Assembly: GCA_002746155.1 (NCBI GenBank)
Contig: NVWF01000009.1
Coordinates: 48,662-112,661, forward strand
Source: Gammaproteobacteria bacterium
GTDB lineage: Bacteria > Pseudomonadota > Gammaproteobacteria > Enterobacterales > GCA-2746155
DNA: 64,000 bases
Direction: 5' to 3'
Below the pieces are notes generated by a model. It was not told the origin of the DNA. It was given only the letters and a program-made list of their open reading frames with translations, and made no database searches. Below are positions 19,663 to 31,079 of this stretch, one piece after another. Each line of letters starts with the position of its first letter. Positions within the stretch are counted from its first letter, which is position 1. Made by a program: the position numbers and the translations under genes.

Positions 19663-21027
19663 ATGATTGGCATTTTCAAACCGGCAACCCACTTGCCTCT
19701 TTTAGCCGACCAGCAAATATCGGCTGAATACAAATCCCTTAGATGGCAAGTATTTCTTGGTATCTTTGTAGGATATGCAGGTTATTATTTAGTTCGCAAA
19801 AACTTCACCCTAGCCATGCCCTATCTTATAGGCGAATACGGTTATTCAAAAGGCCAATTAGGCATCGCCCTGTCAGCTGTTTCAATCGCCTATGGCCTAA
19901 GTAAATTTTTCATGGGCAGCGTTTCTGATCGTAGTAATCCACGCTATTTTCTATCCACAGGCTTGTTACTCTCAGCCTTGGTTATGTTTGTTTTTGGCTT
20001 TACAACTTGGGCAACCGCTAGCATCAGTAGTATCTTTTTACTGCTCTTTATCAACGGCTGGGTCCAAGGCATGGGCTGGCCCGCCTGTGGACGAACCATG
20101 GTGCATTGGTTCTCTGGCAATGAACGGGGACGAAGCGTTTCCTTTTGGAATATCGCCCATAATGTAGGAGGTGGATTAATCGGCCCCCTAGCAATACTTG
20201 GCATGGCTTGGTTTAACGATTGGCATTCTATTTTTTATGTTCCCGCTGTCTGTGCAACCTTGATAGCTGTATTTATTTTCTTTTTCATGCGCGACACACC
20301 TCAGTCCTGTGGACTTCCTGCCATCGAAGTCTTTCGTGATGATTTTCCTGCCGATTATTCAGAGGCCCATGAAAAAGAATTTTCAGCTAAAGAAATTTTC
20401 CTACGTTATGTGTTAAACAATAAACTACTTTGGTATATAGCCTTTGCCAATGCTTTTGTTTACCTCATTCGTTATGGTGTGCTTGACTGGGCTCCTACTT
20501 ACCTAAGTGAAGTGAAGGATTTCACCGTCAATACAAGCTCTTGGGCCTACTTCCTTTATGAATGGGCTGGCATTCCAGGCACACTTATTTGTGGCTGGAT
20601 AAGTGACCGCTGGTTCAATGGTCGCCGCGCACCTGCAGCCATGTTATTTATGTTCTTAGTGCTTATAGCTGTCCTCGTCTATTGGTTTAATCCTCCTGGA
20701 AATCCAATGGTTGATATAGCGGCATTAATCGCCATTGGCTTTTTAATTTATGGTCCGGTTATGCTAATTGGTCTTTATGCACTTGAACTGGTACCCAAAA
20801 AAGCTGCAGGAACTGCCGCTGGCCTAACAGGATTATTTGGCTATCTTGGCGGCGCTTTAGTTGCCAATATTGCCCTAGGATTTACCGTGGATCACTTTGG
20901 TTGGGATGGTGGCTTTGTACTTTTAGTCACAGGCTGTGTAGGTGCAATACTATTAATGGCATTGACACTTAAACATGAAGCTCTTAGCCATCAGACTCCA
21001 AATCATCAACAAGGACATCAAACCTAA
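19663..21027 (+). CDS. glpT: Glycerol-3-phosphate:phosphate antiporter (MFS)
   Basis: 454 aa. [10 protein letters not shown]...[26 protein letters not shown] and DRSNPR motifs, 12 TM helices. Confidence 0.9.
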   Translation: MIGIFKPATHLPLLADQQISAEYKSLRWQVFLGIFVGYAGYYLVRKNFTLAMPYLIGEYGYSKGQLGIALSAVSIAYGLSKFFMGSVSDRSNPRYFLSTGLLLSALVMFVFGFTTWATASISSIFLLLFINGWVQGMGWPACGRTMVHWFSGNERGRSVSFWNIAHNVGGGLIGPLAILGMAWFNDWHSIFYVPAVCATLIAVFIFFFMRDTPQSCGLPAIEVFRDDFPADYSEAHEKEFSAKEIFLRYVLNNKLLWYIAFANAFVYLIRYGVLDWAPTYLSEVKDFTVNTSSWAYFLYEWAGIPGTLICGWISDRWFNGRRAPAAMLFMFLVLIAVLVYWFNPPGNPMVDIAALIAIGFLIYGPVMLIGLYALELVPKKAAGTAAGLTGLFGYLGGALVANIALGFTVDHFGWDGGFVLLVTGCVGAILLMALTLKHEALSHQTPNHQQGHQT

Positions 21028-21039
21028 AGGTGCTAAAAA

Positions 21040-22143
21040 ATGAAAATAGCTACTCTGCTTATTGTTTCGCTTTTATTAAGCGGTTGTGTCATGAGCCCTA
21101 CTAGCAGTCTAACGCCTCAAACAGCAGAAGCGAAGATTGTAATTGCCCACCGGGGTGCCTCAGGTTATTTACCCGAACACTCTATTGCCTCTAAAGCAAT
21201 GGCCTATGCCATGGGCGTGGATTACATTGAACAAGATGTGGTGATGACTAAGGATGATGTGTTAGTGGTGCTTCATGATCCCTACCTCGATCGTGTAACC
21301 AATGTAATGACCGTATTTCCAAACCGCTCAAGAGTTGTGTTTGGCCAAAGGCGCTGGCTTGCCATAGATTTTACCCTGAGTGAAATTAAGCGCTTAAGTA
21401 TGACTGAAGCTTTTTCAGTGGATGAAAAATCAAAGCAGCTCACAGCAAGTTATAGCCAGCGCTTTCCTCTTTTTAAATCCAGCTTTCGTGTCTCAACGTT
21501 AAAAGAAGAAATTGAATTAATCCAAGGCCTCAATAAAAGTACCGGTAATAAGATTGGTGTTTATGTTGAAATTAAAGCCCCTTGGTTTCATTTAGCCGAA
21601 GGCAAAGATATTAGTAAAGCTACCCTTGAACTCGTTAAATCCTTTGGCTACAAAACCAAGCAGGATAACATTTTCATTCAATGTTTTGATCCCGATGAAA
21701 CCAAGCGCATCAAACAAGTTCTTATGCCAGAACTTGCCATGGATTTAAAACTTGTACAGCTCATCGCAGAAACCAGTTGGAATGAAACCATGCGTATTAC
21801 ACCTGAGGGCACGCTTACTGCTTATAATTACGATTGGATGTTTGAGCCCGGTGCCATGGAAAAAATAGCACAGTATGCCGATGCCATTGGACCTTGGAAA
21901 CCTATGTTGGTGGATGATAAGTCAACTCGAGGTAATTTAATCATCACCGACATGACAAGTGACGCCCACAAGGCTGGCATGCTAGTTCACCCTTATACCT
22001 TCCGTTCCGATGACGGAAGAATTCCTGATTATGCTGAGAACTTTGAACAGCTATTAGAAATCTTCTATTTTAAGGTTGGGGTTGATGGATTGTTTACAGA
22101 CTTTCCCGATAAAGCCGTGAACTATCTAAAGGCTTTAGACTAG
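21040..22143 (+). CDS. glpQ: Periplasmic glycerophosphodiester phosphodiesterase (lipoprotein signal)
   Basis: 367 aa. Lipobox LLSGC. IAHRGASGYLPEHS and IEQDVVMTKD match GDPD motifs. Starts 12 nt after glpT. Confidence 0.9.
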   Translation: MKIATLLIVSLLLSGCVMSPTSSLTPQTAEAKIVIAHRGASGYLPEHSIASKAMAYAMGVDYIEQDVVMTKDDVLVVLHDPYLDRVTNVMTVFPNRSRVVFGQRRWLAIDFTLSEIKRLSMTEAFSVDEKSKQLTASYSQRFPLFKSSFRVSTLKEEIELIQGLNKSTGNKIGVYVEIKAPWFHLAEGKDISKATLELVKSFGYKTKQDNIFIQCFDPDETKRIKQVLMPELAMDLKLVQLIAETSWNETMRITPEGTLTAYNYDWMFEPGAMEKIAQYADAIGPWKPMLVDDKSTRGNLIITDMTSDAHKAGMLVHPYTFRSDDGRIPDYAENFEQLLEIFYFKVGVDGLFTDFPDKAVNYLKALD

Positions 22144-22161
22144 GAGGCGAGGATTAACCTA

Positions 22162-25100
22162 TCACTTTACCTTCTTCGCAGAGAGCTGGGTTTTCATTTT
22201 TATTTGCAGTTCAGAGTTATCGCTAGTGCTAACTGTCGGACCAATGAGTATTTGTGTTTGTAGCGCCTTAGTGACTCTGAGTATTTGCAGTTCAGTGTTT
22301 TTAACCCGCTCAGCAGCAAGTTGACTTAAAGCGTCTTGGGGTAAAGTTTGAAGATTTATTAACTGGTTTCTTAAGGCACTTTGATACGCAAGTTCATCCA
22401 AAACTGAGCTGGCTGGTTCTGCATCAGTTAGTATACTCTGGGTGGTAAAGTTGGCTCTGAGTGTTTTCAGTTCCACTGCTGGATCCGATACACTGTTTTG
22501 TTCTAGAAAGAGTTTTTCCATTAAAATTAATTTAAGCTGCGAATAACTGTCTGACTTCTTCGCAGCTTCACCCGTCGCCATGACTCTACTTTCAATAATG
22601 CTTTCTAACTGCTGGGCTTTCAGTGCCATAGTATCGAGTTCAATGTTAACAACGCCTGCAATGTTCAGCACTAATTCAGGTCTTAGAGAAAGCGCTTCTG
22701 CGAGCTTTAAGGCTTTATTAATTTCAGGAGGAGTCAAATCAGAGCGGCCTGGGATAAAGCTAAAATGCTCCAATTCATTTGACTCGATCCCGACAAGATT
22801 GGCTAGTAAGGTAAAAGGCGAGGCAACTATCTTGATAAATAAATTAGACAAGGCGGTGCCAATAACAGAGCCATAGCTAAATTCAGGGGAACTGATATCA
22901 CCTTTAACCGGTAGAACAATATCAATATTGCCATCAATGTCTTTAAGTAGAGCAATAGCTAAGCCTAACGGAAGACTCAAGGCATCGGGGTGATCAACAT
23001 TGTTACCTAGTTCAAATTCTTTCAGGATTATTTGATTTTCACTGACTAATTGATTGGCAGTCACTTTGTATTGTAAATTAAGATCAAGGCTTCCCGATGA
23101 TATTTCCTTTCCTGCAAAGGGAATACTGTAGGCTGTAAATTTGGGAACAAAAATATTTTGAAATGAAACCTCTAGATCAGTATTATCATTTGGGTTCAAG
23201 GGTGTCAAAGAACCTGTAACCCTTACAAACCCAAACTCATCAACTTTACCTTCTAAGGTAACCGTCGATGGTTGTTTGCTTAATGACGAGATGGCAGATA
23301 AGCTGCCTTTAAGCGCGACAATTTTTGAAGAAAACGGTATGGGTAGGGAGTGGTCCGTAAAATTCATCAGCGCATTTGATACAGTAACTTTTCCTATCTT
23401 TATAGCCATGGTGGTTGGCACGGGTTCAGATTTAAAGTTCTGCTCCTGCTTTGTTACACTATCCTTATCTAGTTCAGTAATACCCTCTTTTTTCAATTTT
23501 GCAACATTCAGAATTCCATTATTATCGATGACCAGATCACCAACAGGTTTGTTGATATGCAGTTGATAAATATCGAGCAGATTATTGCTAATACTCAGGG
23601 TAATTTTTTCGGCCCATAGACGTTCCATGCTGCCAAGATAACTTCCTTGCTTTTGTTCACTTAAATTTAAATCATTAACACTCAGATCACCTTTGAATAA
23701 TAGAGGATCATCGAGGAAATTATTAATATGACCATTAATATTCAAGACGCCTGAATTAATCTCCATGTCTATAAATTGCCTTATATAAGATTGGCTCATT
23801 GCTAATGCCAGATCCGTTACATTAAGATCAAAATTATAAATAAGCTTCGGTATTACTACCAGTTCACCTTTTGTTTGTATTGATCCTCCATCTCTTGAGA
23901 GTAGGGATAGAGTGACAGGGAATTTTGTATTCAGCTGATTACTAATATCCTCAACGATTAAATTAACAGCAGTCAAGTTTATGTTCGCTTCGGGCTTGAC
24001 TGTACTATCGTTGAAATCTAATTGAAGATCGTTAATTGCAAATTGTCCCAAATTAAACTGCCACTTTTTATGATCAGTATTTTTGTGCTCAGATTTCGAA
24101 GTTGATTGTTTCATCAAGTGTGAAAACTCTGAGTTTCCCCGTTGAAAACTAACCTTGCTATCAGAAATCTCAATGGCATCAATTGAAACTGTCTGAGCAG
24201 GCCAATCTAGTGAGCCATTAGTGAGTTTTAGTGTAGGTATGCTCAGTATTTCACGACCATGTTCAAGGGCGTTTATATTTGAAAAAGTATTGATAAGTAG
24301 ATCGTTAAAACCCAGATTAACGTTTTCAACCTCGACGTTAATCGTTCCACTCTCTGAAGTGTTAACGTCATAATCAAATTCAATGTCGGCTGTTCCCTTT
24401 ATAATATCAAAACCCATCTGATGACTAACATAGGATGAAATAAGAGGAAAGTGTGAGCCCTTGATAGATGCATGAGCTTTTGATTTAAGGGGGTTTAACT
24501 GCAACATTCCAGTCCAGTTGATTGTTCCCGATGACTGGGTAGTGATATGCACAGTCTGTTGTGCCGTCTTATTTTTCAAGGTATTAAGTTCAGTAACTTG
24601 TATATTAATTGGCCCAAAACTGGTTTTAAGCGGCTTGGCAGAAAAGTCATCTTGCCAGTTGACCACACCATCTTCGATGAGAAATGTAAACAGTAGCAAT
24701 GGGATCAAAGAAGTTGAATTCTGTTCAGAGGAAGCATTGTTATTTGATTTAGACTGGGCTTTAAGCAAGTGATTTATGTTAAGTTGACCTGATGCATCTC
24801 GCTTTAAAAAAAGCTCAGGAGCTGACATGCGAAATTCATCAAATGTCCAGGTCAGACGAAAAATAGAACTGAGTTGGAAATTTATAAAGACTTCATCAGC
24901 ACGGGCAATCAATTCATTCTTGGGATCTTTTAATTCAAAATTAATGACTTTTATACTGAGTGCAAAAGGATTTATTTCGATAGCTTTAATACTAAGAACG
25001 GTTTGATAGTTATTTTTAAGTTGATCAATAAGATTGCTTTTCAACAGCTTAGGGGCTAAGAAAAACCCAAAAAGCCCGTAAAGGGTTACAATTGCCAACA

Positions 25101-25176
25101 ACCAGATTTGTTGCTTTCTATAGGGTTTTAGCTTATTGATAAAGACATTCAAATAATTGGTTAGATTTAGTATCAT
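22162..25176 (-). CDS. DUF748-domain large membrane-anchored protein (AsmA-like)
   Basis: 1004 aa. Single N-terminal TM helix, then a long beta-rich N/S/T-rich region with repeated modules, then a C-terminal helical region. The DUF748 assignment is from memory of this architecture. Confidence 0.6.
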   Translation of the reverse strand: MILNLTNYLNVFINKLKPYRKQQIWLLAIVTLYGLFGFFLAPKLLKSNLIDQLKNNYQTVLSIKAIEINPFALSIKVINFELKDPKNELIARADEVFINFQLSSIFRLTWTFDEFRMSAPELFLKRDASGQLNINHLLKAQSKSNNNASSEQNSTSLIPLLLFTFLIEDGVVNWQDDFSAKPLKTSFGPINIQVTELNTLKNKTAQQTVHITTQSSGTINWTGMLQLNPLKSKAHASIKGSHFPLISSYVSHQMGFDIIKGTADIEFDYDVNTSESGTINVEVENVNLGFNDLLINTFSNINALEHGREILSIPTLKLTNGSLDWPAQTVSIDAIEISDSKVSFQRGNSEFSHLMKQSTSKSEHKNTDHKKWQFNLGQFAINDLQLDFNDSTVKPEANINLTAVNLIVEDISNQLNTKFPVTLSLLSRDGGSIQTKGELVVIPKLIYNFDLNVTDLALAMSQSYIRQFIDMEINSGVLNINGHINNFLDDPLLFKGDLSVNDLNLSEQKQGSYLGSMERLWAEKITLSISNNLLDIYQLHINKPVGDLVIDNNGILNVAKLKKEGITELDKDSVTKQEQNFKSEPVPTTMAIKIGKVTVSNALMNFTDHSLPIPFSSKIVALKGSLSAISSLSKQPSTVTLEGKVDEFGFVRVTGSLTPLNPNDNTDLEVSFQNIFVPKFTAYSIPFAGKEISSGSLDLNLQYKVTANQLVSENQIILKEFELGNNVDHPDALSLPLGLAIALLKDIDGNIDIVLPVKGDISSPEFSYGSVIGTALSNLFIKIVASPFTLLANLVGIESNELEHFSFIPGRSDLTPPEINKALKLAEALSLRPELVLNIAGVVNIELDTMALKAQQLESIIESRVMATGEAAKKSDSYSQLKLILMEKLFLEQNSVSDPAVELKTLRANFTTQSILTDAEPASSVLDELAYQSALRNQLINLQTLPQDALSQLAAERVKNTELQILRVTKALQTQILIGPTVSTSDNSELQIKMKTQLSAKKVK

Positions 25177-25295
25177 AATATTGACATGGATAACCCATAT
25201 TATCCTGTTTAACGACAGGATTATTTTTCATTGTTATTGACTCTAAATATACTATAGATTAATGCTTTATTAAACGATAAAAAAGGAAGTACAAA

Positions 25296-26114
25296 ATGCA
25301 GGACGAACTCAAACTGGCTCAAGAAGCTTATAATATTGTTGTCAATTTTCTGGTTAATTATTCATTTCAATTAATTGGTGCAATTATCATTATCATTGCT
25401 GGCTATCTAGTTGCAGGCTGGGCAAGCCGAATGTTGATGAAAGTCCAAGAAAAGCGAAATATTGATATTACTTTACGCCAATTTATTGCCAGTACGGTAC
25501 GGATCATAATTATCGGATTATTCACTGTCATTGCACTGGGCAAATTAGGCGTTAGTATTAATCCTTTTATTGCAGCGATTGGTGGCCTAGCTGTCGGTGT
25601 CAGCTTTGCTTTACAGGGGCCCGTTTCCAATTATGGAGCTGGCTTGATGATAATTTTAACACGCCTATATAAGATAGGTGATTCCATTACCATTCAAAAT
25701 AGTTTTGGTATCGTCAAGGAAATTAGCCTATCAACAACAAGACTCGAAACAGAAGATGGTGAAATAATCATTATTCCTAATAAACAAGTGACGGGTGAAA
25801 TTCACCGTAACTCTCATAAAAATCGCATTATGGAGGGCTCTGTCGGCATAGCCTATAGTGATTCACCTGAGAAGGCCATTAGGACAATAGAGGCTGTTTT
25901 AAGGTCAATTGAAGGAATAAGTCATACCAGACCACCACAAGTCGGAATTATTGCCTTTGCAGATTCAGCGATTGAAATTGAATATCGAGTTTGGTTGCCA
26001 GCAGAGAGTTATTACAACAAACTGTATCAAATTAATCTCAACGTATTTAAGGCACTTAATGAGGCTAAAATTAACATTCCTTTCCCTCAGCGTGTTGTGC
26101 AAATGGTTTCGTAA
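25296..26114 (+). CDS. Small-conductance mechanosensitive channel (MscS family)
   Basis: 272 aa. Three TM helices followed by YKIGDSITIQNSFGIVKEISLSTTRLETEDGEIIIIPNKQV. Confidence 0.85.
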   Translation: MQDELKLAQEAYNIVVNFLVNYSFQLIGAIIIIIAGYLVAGWASRMLMKVQEKRNIDITLRQFIASTVRIIIIGLFTVIALGKLGVSINPFIAAIGGLAVGVSFALQGPVSNYGAGLMIILTRLYKIGDSITIQNSFGIVKEISLSTTRLETEDGEIIIIPNKQVTGEIHRNSHKNRIMEGSVGIAYSDSPEKAIRTIEAVLRSIEGISHTRPPQVGIIAFADSAIEIEYRVWLPAESYYNKLYQINLNVFKALNEAKINIPFPQRVVQMVS

Positions 26115-26128
26115 ACACCTACTTAAAC

Positions 26129-26163
26129 TTAAAGTCAAATACTGCATCTTATGTTGACTTTAA
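26129..26163. terminator. Hairpin after the mscS-family gene
   Basis: Perfect 10-bp inverted repeat TTAAAGTCAA / TTGACTTTAA with a 15-nt loop, 15 nt after the stop. There is no T tract, so it is weak as an intrinsic terminator. Confidence 0.35.
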
Positions 26164-26209
26164 CCCAGCTAAGACTATAACTTATAGTTAAGATTCTAAA
26201 GGGGCTGCT

Positions 26210-27751
26210 ATGAATAACACTACAAATAACGAAAAAACTTTCTCGAATGATGAACAACTAGTATCTATTACCGATCTTGATGGAAGAATAACTTACGCCA
26301 ATAATAAATTCTGTGAAATTGCTGGATACTCTCTTGAGGAGCTAGTTGGACAACCCCATAATATAGTACGACATCCATCAATGCCTAAAGCTGCCTTTGC
26401 TGATTTATGGAGTAAACTCAAACAAGAAAGTTCATGGCGTGGCATGGTTAAAAATCGCTGTAAAAATGGTGATTACTACTGGGTTGACGCCTATGTAACT
26501 CCTGTTTATGAAAATACAAAAATAACCGGTTATCAATCTGTGAGAGTGTCGCCGACTCGCGAACAAAAACAAAAAGCTCAACAGTTGTATGATGTATTGA
26601 ATAATGGTAAGCCTGTTTCTGACTTGCTATCCAACATCAAATTGAAGCGTATAATATCCTTGATTATCATTGCTATAGGATCCCTTGTTAACTGGGCATA
26701 TACTGAATCAATTGTTCCATCTCTAGTATTATTAATGTGTATCGGCTTAATTTATTTCATTTTTTCACAAGAGCTATTCTCGTTTCCAAATTACGTATCT
26801 AAAATTAGAAAGCTATTCGATAGCCCTTCACGTTTAATTTTTTCAGGAAAGGGTCCGCTAAGTGTTATTTCCTACCCAATAGAATTATATAAGGCTAAAG
26901 TACGAACAATACTTGGTAGAAGCAAGGACTCTGGACGTCTACTGGCAAAGCTTGCTGCTGAATTGGAGAGCTGTTCATCTGAAATGCTAAAAGGTATCGA
27001 AGAAGAAAATTTACACCTTGAACAATTTACCACAGCTATAACTGAAATGAGTGCGGCTATTGATGAAGTAAGTTTAAATACCAATAGGACACATGACAAG
27101 GTTATATTGGTACAAAATGAATGCAAAGAAAACATCAATATCATCGAACAAAGTCAATCTAAAATCAATAACTTAGCTTGTGATGTTGACAAGGCAGCCA
27201 CTAATGCACTTGAATTAGTAACCGACGTGGATAAAATTTCATCAGTCATGTCTGAAATTCAGGGGATTGCTGATCAAACTAACTTATTAGCATTAAATGC
27301 AGCAATTGAAGCTGCAAGAGCTGGGGAGCAAGGACGAGGTTTTGCAGTGGTTGCCGATGAAGTAAGAACGTTAGCGGGCAGAACTCAAGGAGCAACAGTT
27401 CAAATCCAAACATCAGTCACCGAATTACAGAGCACCTTAAAAAACTGGAGTCAGGTAATGCTTACCAGTAAAACAAATGCCGAAGAATGTTCTGATGATA
27501 GCTCTAAAATAAAGCAAGCAATGGAAAATATTATCGTCAATGTAGACGATGTCAGTGATATGATTGTTCAAATTGCAATCGCTGCTGAACAACAAAGCGC
27601 CGTTTCGAATCAAATAACGTCTAGTGTTCATACTATTGAGGGTATTTCTAAGAAAAACTCAATACTTGCAATACAGGTAAATAACTACGGCATTGCCGTC
27701 AACAAAAGTGCTGAAGATATAGAAAAATTAAATACCACTTTTCAATGTTAA
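26210..27751 (+). CDS. Aer-like PAS-containing methyl-accepting chemotaxis protein
   Basis: 513 aa. N-terminal Aer-type PAS ([42 protein letters not shown]), a TM hairpin, and the MCP signalling core [37 protein letters not shown]. Confidence 0.85.
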   Translation: MNNTTNNEKTFSNDEQLVSITDLDGRITYANNKFCEIAGYSLEELVGQPHNIVRHPSMPKAAFADLWSKLKQESSWRGMVKNRCKNGDYYWVDAYVTPVYENTKITGYQSVRVSPTREQKQKAQQLYDVLNNGKPVSDLLSNIKLKRIISLIIIAIGSLVNWAYTESIVPSLVLLMCIGLIYFIFSQELFSFPNYVSKIRKLFDSPSRLIFSGKGPLSVISYPIELYKAKVRTILGRSKDSGRLLAKLAAELESCSSEMLKGIEEENLHLEQFTTAITEMSAAIDEVSLNTNRTHDKVILVQNECKENINIIEQSQSKINNLACDVDKAATNALELVTDVDKISSVMSEIQGIADQTNLLALNAAIEAARAGEQGRGFAVVADEVRTLAGRTQGATVQIQTSVTELQSTLKNWSQVMLTSKTNAEECSDDSSKIKQAMENIIVNVDDVSDMIVQIAIAAEQQSAVSNQITSSVHTIEGISKKNSILAIQVNNYGIAVNKSAEDIEKLNTTFQC

Positions 27752-27764
27752 ATATATAAATGGT

Positions 27765-30134
27765 ATGCCCATCACATTATTAGCATGGTATAACAGTCTT
27801 ATTCTGAAAAGACCCGGTGTAACATTATTGTTATCCTTGTTGCTTGTGTTATTTTTTGCCTACCACGTTCCATCTTTCCGTTTAGATGCATCTGCTGATT
27901 CTCTGATATTAGAAAATGATAAGTCTTTAAAATATTATCGTTCTGTACGCAAAAATTATGGTTCAGATGATTATTTAATTCTGACTTATACTCCTAATAA
28001 ACCATTATTTGATGAAGAACCTTTAGCTGACTTGCGAGCATTGTCCTCTCAATTAGTAACATTAAAACAAATACAGTCGGTGACAAGCCTGCTTAATGTA
28101 CCTTTGCTGAATAGCCCTCCAGTTTCTCTAACTGATTTGCAAACAATGATTCCGGTTCTAGATGATCCAAGGACTGATAAAGTCCTTGCAAGGCAAGAGT
28201 TTATATCAAGTCCCATCTATCGTAATTTACTCATTAGTCCCGATGGAAACACTACTGCTTTGCAGTTAACGTTTAAGCCAACCGAACAACCCATATCGCA
28301 AGAACAACTCAGCGAAGAAATAAGTGAGATACGAAAAATCATGTCTCGTTATTCAGAAAAGGCTCTACTGCACTTAGGTGGCGTTCCTATGATCACCTCT
28401 GACTCCATTGATTATATTCAACATGATTTGGTTACCTTTGGAATTGGTGTTATCGTTTTTTTGATAGTGATTTTAAGCATTGCATTTAATAAGCCTCGTT
28501 GGGTTATTTTGCCATTATTAACCTGCTTTTCAACTGGGATTATCATGGTGGGATTTCTTGGATTAGTGGATTGGCCGGTTACAGTAGTATCTTCCAATTT
28601 TATTTCGTTACTGTTGATTATTACATTGTCGTTAACTGTTCACTTGATTGTACGATACCGTGAACAGCAGGCGCTTTTTCCTGATGCAAACCAAGAAGAT
28701 TTGGTTAGAGAAACTATTCGCGCAAAAGCCTTACCTTGTTTTTATACTGCCACAACAACAATTGTTGCCTTTAGCTCTCTGATATTCAGTGGCATCAGAC
28801 CGGTCATTGATTTTGGTTGGATGATGGCAATTGGCATTTTTGTTGCCTTTGTACTAGTGTTCACATTTTTTCCCGCAGCATTAATGTTCTTAAAACCTGG
28901 CAAAGTAGCTAATCGCAATGATCTAACTGATAAAATCACACGCTTAGTAGCAAGATTCAATAAATCCTATCAGGTTCAAATATTACTAGTTTTTTTCTTA
29001 TTATCCATTTTTGCCCTTGCTGGAATGAGCTTTTTAACCGTTGAGAATCGTTTTATTGATTACTTCAAAAAAGATACTGAGATCTATCAGGGTATGGAAC
29101 TTATTGATCGTAAACTTGGTGGAACAACTCCTTTGGATGTAATTATTGACGCGCCTGAAGAGTTTTATACTTACAATGATGAACAAGAATCTGAAGATGA
29201 CGTTTGGGATGACGAGGATGATGATTGGGATAACGAACCAAGTACTGGAATAACTGAAAACAGTTATTGGTTTAATTCCTTCAGGTTAGGAAAAGTAGCT
29301 GCCATTCAAAATTATTTAAATAGTCTGCCAGAAACAGGGAAAGTACTTTCTATATCATCTTCTCTAGAAATATTATCGCAACTGGATGAGGATATTATGA
29401 TTGATGATTTTTCACTATCGATCTTCTATAAAAAATTATCCGATGAAATCAAAGAAATACTATTTGAGCCATATATGTCAGAAGATGGCAATCAATTAAG
29501 ATTTTCAATTCGAGTTTTTGAATCAAATCCGTCTCTTAAGCGGGAAGCTTTATTGGATACAATCAAAAGTGATTTGGTGAAAAGGTTTAATTTGAAAGAA
29601 GAACAAATTCACCTCACGGGAATGTTGGTGCTATATAACAACATGCTGCAAAGTTTATTTAAGTCGCAAATAATGACATTAGGTGTAGTTTTTTTTGTAA
29701 TACTAACCATGTTCATTTTTTTATTTCGAAATGTTAAGAGAGCTGTTGTGGCAATAATCCCCAATGTTTTTGCTGCAGGTTTCATGTTAGGAATTATGGG
29801 TTGGTTAAGGATCCCTTTAGATTTAATGACCATAACTATTGCAGCCATAACCATTGGAATCGCAGTTGATGATACCATTCATTATATTCACCGGTTTAGC
29901 AATGAGTTTGATAAAGATCAAAATTATTGGGCTGCCATTGAGAGAAGTCATGCAACCATTGGTAGAGCGATGTATTACACTTCCCTCACTATCACTTTAG
30001 GTTTTTCGATACTAGTACTTTCAAGCTTTATTCCTACTATCTATTTTGGCCTTTTAACATCTTTTGCAATGCTAATCGCATTAATTGCAAATTTGACTTT
30101 ACTGCCATTACTCCTTGTTCAATTTAAAAGTTAA
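27765..30134 (+). CDS. RND-superfamily (MMPL/HpnN-like) exporter
   Basis: 789 aa with two 6-TM bundles, each preceded by a soluble loop domain. Acidic insert DEQESEDDVWDDEDDDWDNE. Starts 13 nt after the MCP stop. Confidence 0.7.
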   Translation: MPITLLAWYNSLILKRPGVTLLLSLLLVLFFAYHVPSFRLDASADSLILENDKSLKYYRSVRKNYGSDDYLILTYTPNKPLFDEEPLADLRALSSQLVTLKQIQSVTSLLNVPLLNSPPVSLTDLQTMIPVLDDPRTDKVLARQEFISSPIYRNLLISPDGNTTALQLTFKPTEQPISQEQLSEEISEIRKIMSRYSEKALLHLGGVPMITSDSIDYIQHDLVTFGIGVIVFLIVILSIAFNKPRWVILPLLTCFSTGIIMVGFLGLVDWPVTVVSSNFISLLLIITLSLTVHLIVRYREQQALFPDANQEDLVRETIRAKALPCFYTATTTIVAFSSLIFSGIRPVIDFGWMMAIGIFVAFVLVFTFFPAALMFLKPGKVANRNDLTDKITRLVARFNKSYQVQILLVFFLLSIFALAGMSFLTVENRFIDYFKKDTEIYQGMELIDRKLGGTTPLDVIIDAPEEFYTYNDEQESEDDVWDDEDDDWDNEPSTGITENSYWFNSFRLGKVAAIQNYLNSLPETGKVLSISSSLEILSQLDEDIMIDDFSLSIFYKKLSDEIKEILFEPYMSEDGNQLRFSIRVFESNPSLKREALLDTIKSDLVKRFNLKEEQIHLTGMLVLYNNMLQSLFKSQIMTLGVVFFVILTMFIFLFRNVKRAVVAIIPNVFAAGFMLGIMGWLRIPLDLMTITIAAITIGIAVDDTIHYIHRFSNEFDKDQNYWAAIERSHATIGRAMYYTSLTITLGFSILVLSSFIPTIYFGLLTSFAMLIALIANLTLLPLLLVQFKS

Positions 30135-31079
30135 TTACAAAGTTATAAAGTCGTCCGGTTTTACTGCAAAAATATCGCAATTAATATTATCTAATATTTT
30201 CTCAGCGGTACTTCCTAATAACCCTCTTCTGTAAGTCGTACCAATTACCATGAGGTCGATGTTATTGTCATCAACGATTTGGGGTAGAGTTTCACTGGCT
30301 TTCCCCTCTACTAAATGCTTACTTTCAGTCGGAAAATCGTAGTTAGCAATCATCTGTTCAAACAATTCAGTATGATGAGCATTTAATTGCTTAATATATT
30401 CTTCATAGTCCATAGGCGATAAACCTATAGCTAGACCGATATCTACTGGTGAAGTACCAACACCAGGCCACATTGGTAACTCGACAGCTTCATAACAATG
30501 TGCGACTTGAGCGCTCGCTGATAAGGTTTGCGCTAGGGACGTTGTTGCATCAAGAATAACCTTATCTAACCCTTCGGGCTTCCCACGAGATTGAGTAGGA
30601 TCGATTGCAGCCATAATTTTGGTATATTCATCGGCTGTTTCAGCTTTAGTCAGCAATAATGGGATTGGACAGACTTTAAGTAATTGCCAATCATTAGGCG
30701 TAAAAAATATTTTATTGACTTTTGAATGTTGATAAGTTGATTTAATCAGTAGATCGGCATTAGAGTCTTTTATCTTTTTTATGATCCCTTCATAAATTGG
30801 CGTATGCCAGCGAACATCAATAGTAACGGGTATATGTGCATCGATGACTTGCTTGATATGGCTATCTAACCAGCGCCTGTGAGAGGAAATATAGCCTTCT
30901 TTAATAGCTTCTAGTCGCTCATCATCTATAAACCATTGACTCATGAGACCGCTGTTATAAGCAATTAAAAGTAACTCGATAGATGCATTAAACTTTTTAG
31001 CGAGGATAATTGCTTTTGATAAAGCAGGTTGCTGCTTTTTTGTGGGATCCATATCAACAAGAATGTGATTAATTTTCAT
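30135..31079 (-). CDS. uspE: Tandem universal stress protein (UspE-like)
   Basis: Start moved to the ATG at 31079 (MKINHILVDMD), with GGAGA 6 nt upstream. Two Usp domains. C-terminal GTTYRRGLLGSTAEKIL matches the ATP-binding Usp motif. Confidence 0.75.
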   Translation of the reverse strand: MKINHILVDMDPTKKQQPALSKAIILAKKFNASIELLLIAYNSGLMSQWFIDDERLEAIKEGYISSHRRWLDSHIKQVIDAHIPVTIDVRWHTPIYEGIIKKIKDSNADLLIKSTYQHSKVNKIFFTPNDWQLLKVCPIPLLLTKAETADEYTKIMAAIDPTQSRGKPEGLDKVILDATTSLAQTLSASAQVAHCYEAVELPMWPGVGTSPVDIGLAIGLSPMDYEEYIKQLNAHHTELFEQMIANYDFPTESKHLVEGKASETLPQIVDDNNIDLMVIGTTYRRGLLGSTAEKILDNINCDIFAVKPDDFITL

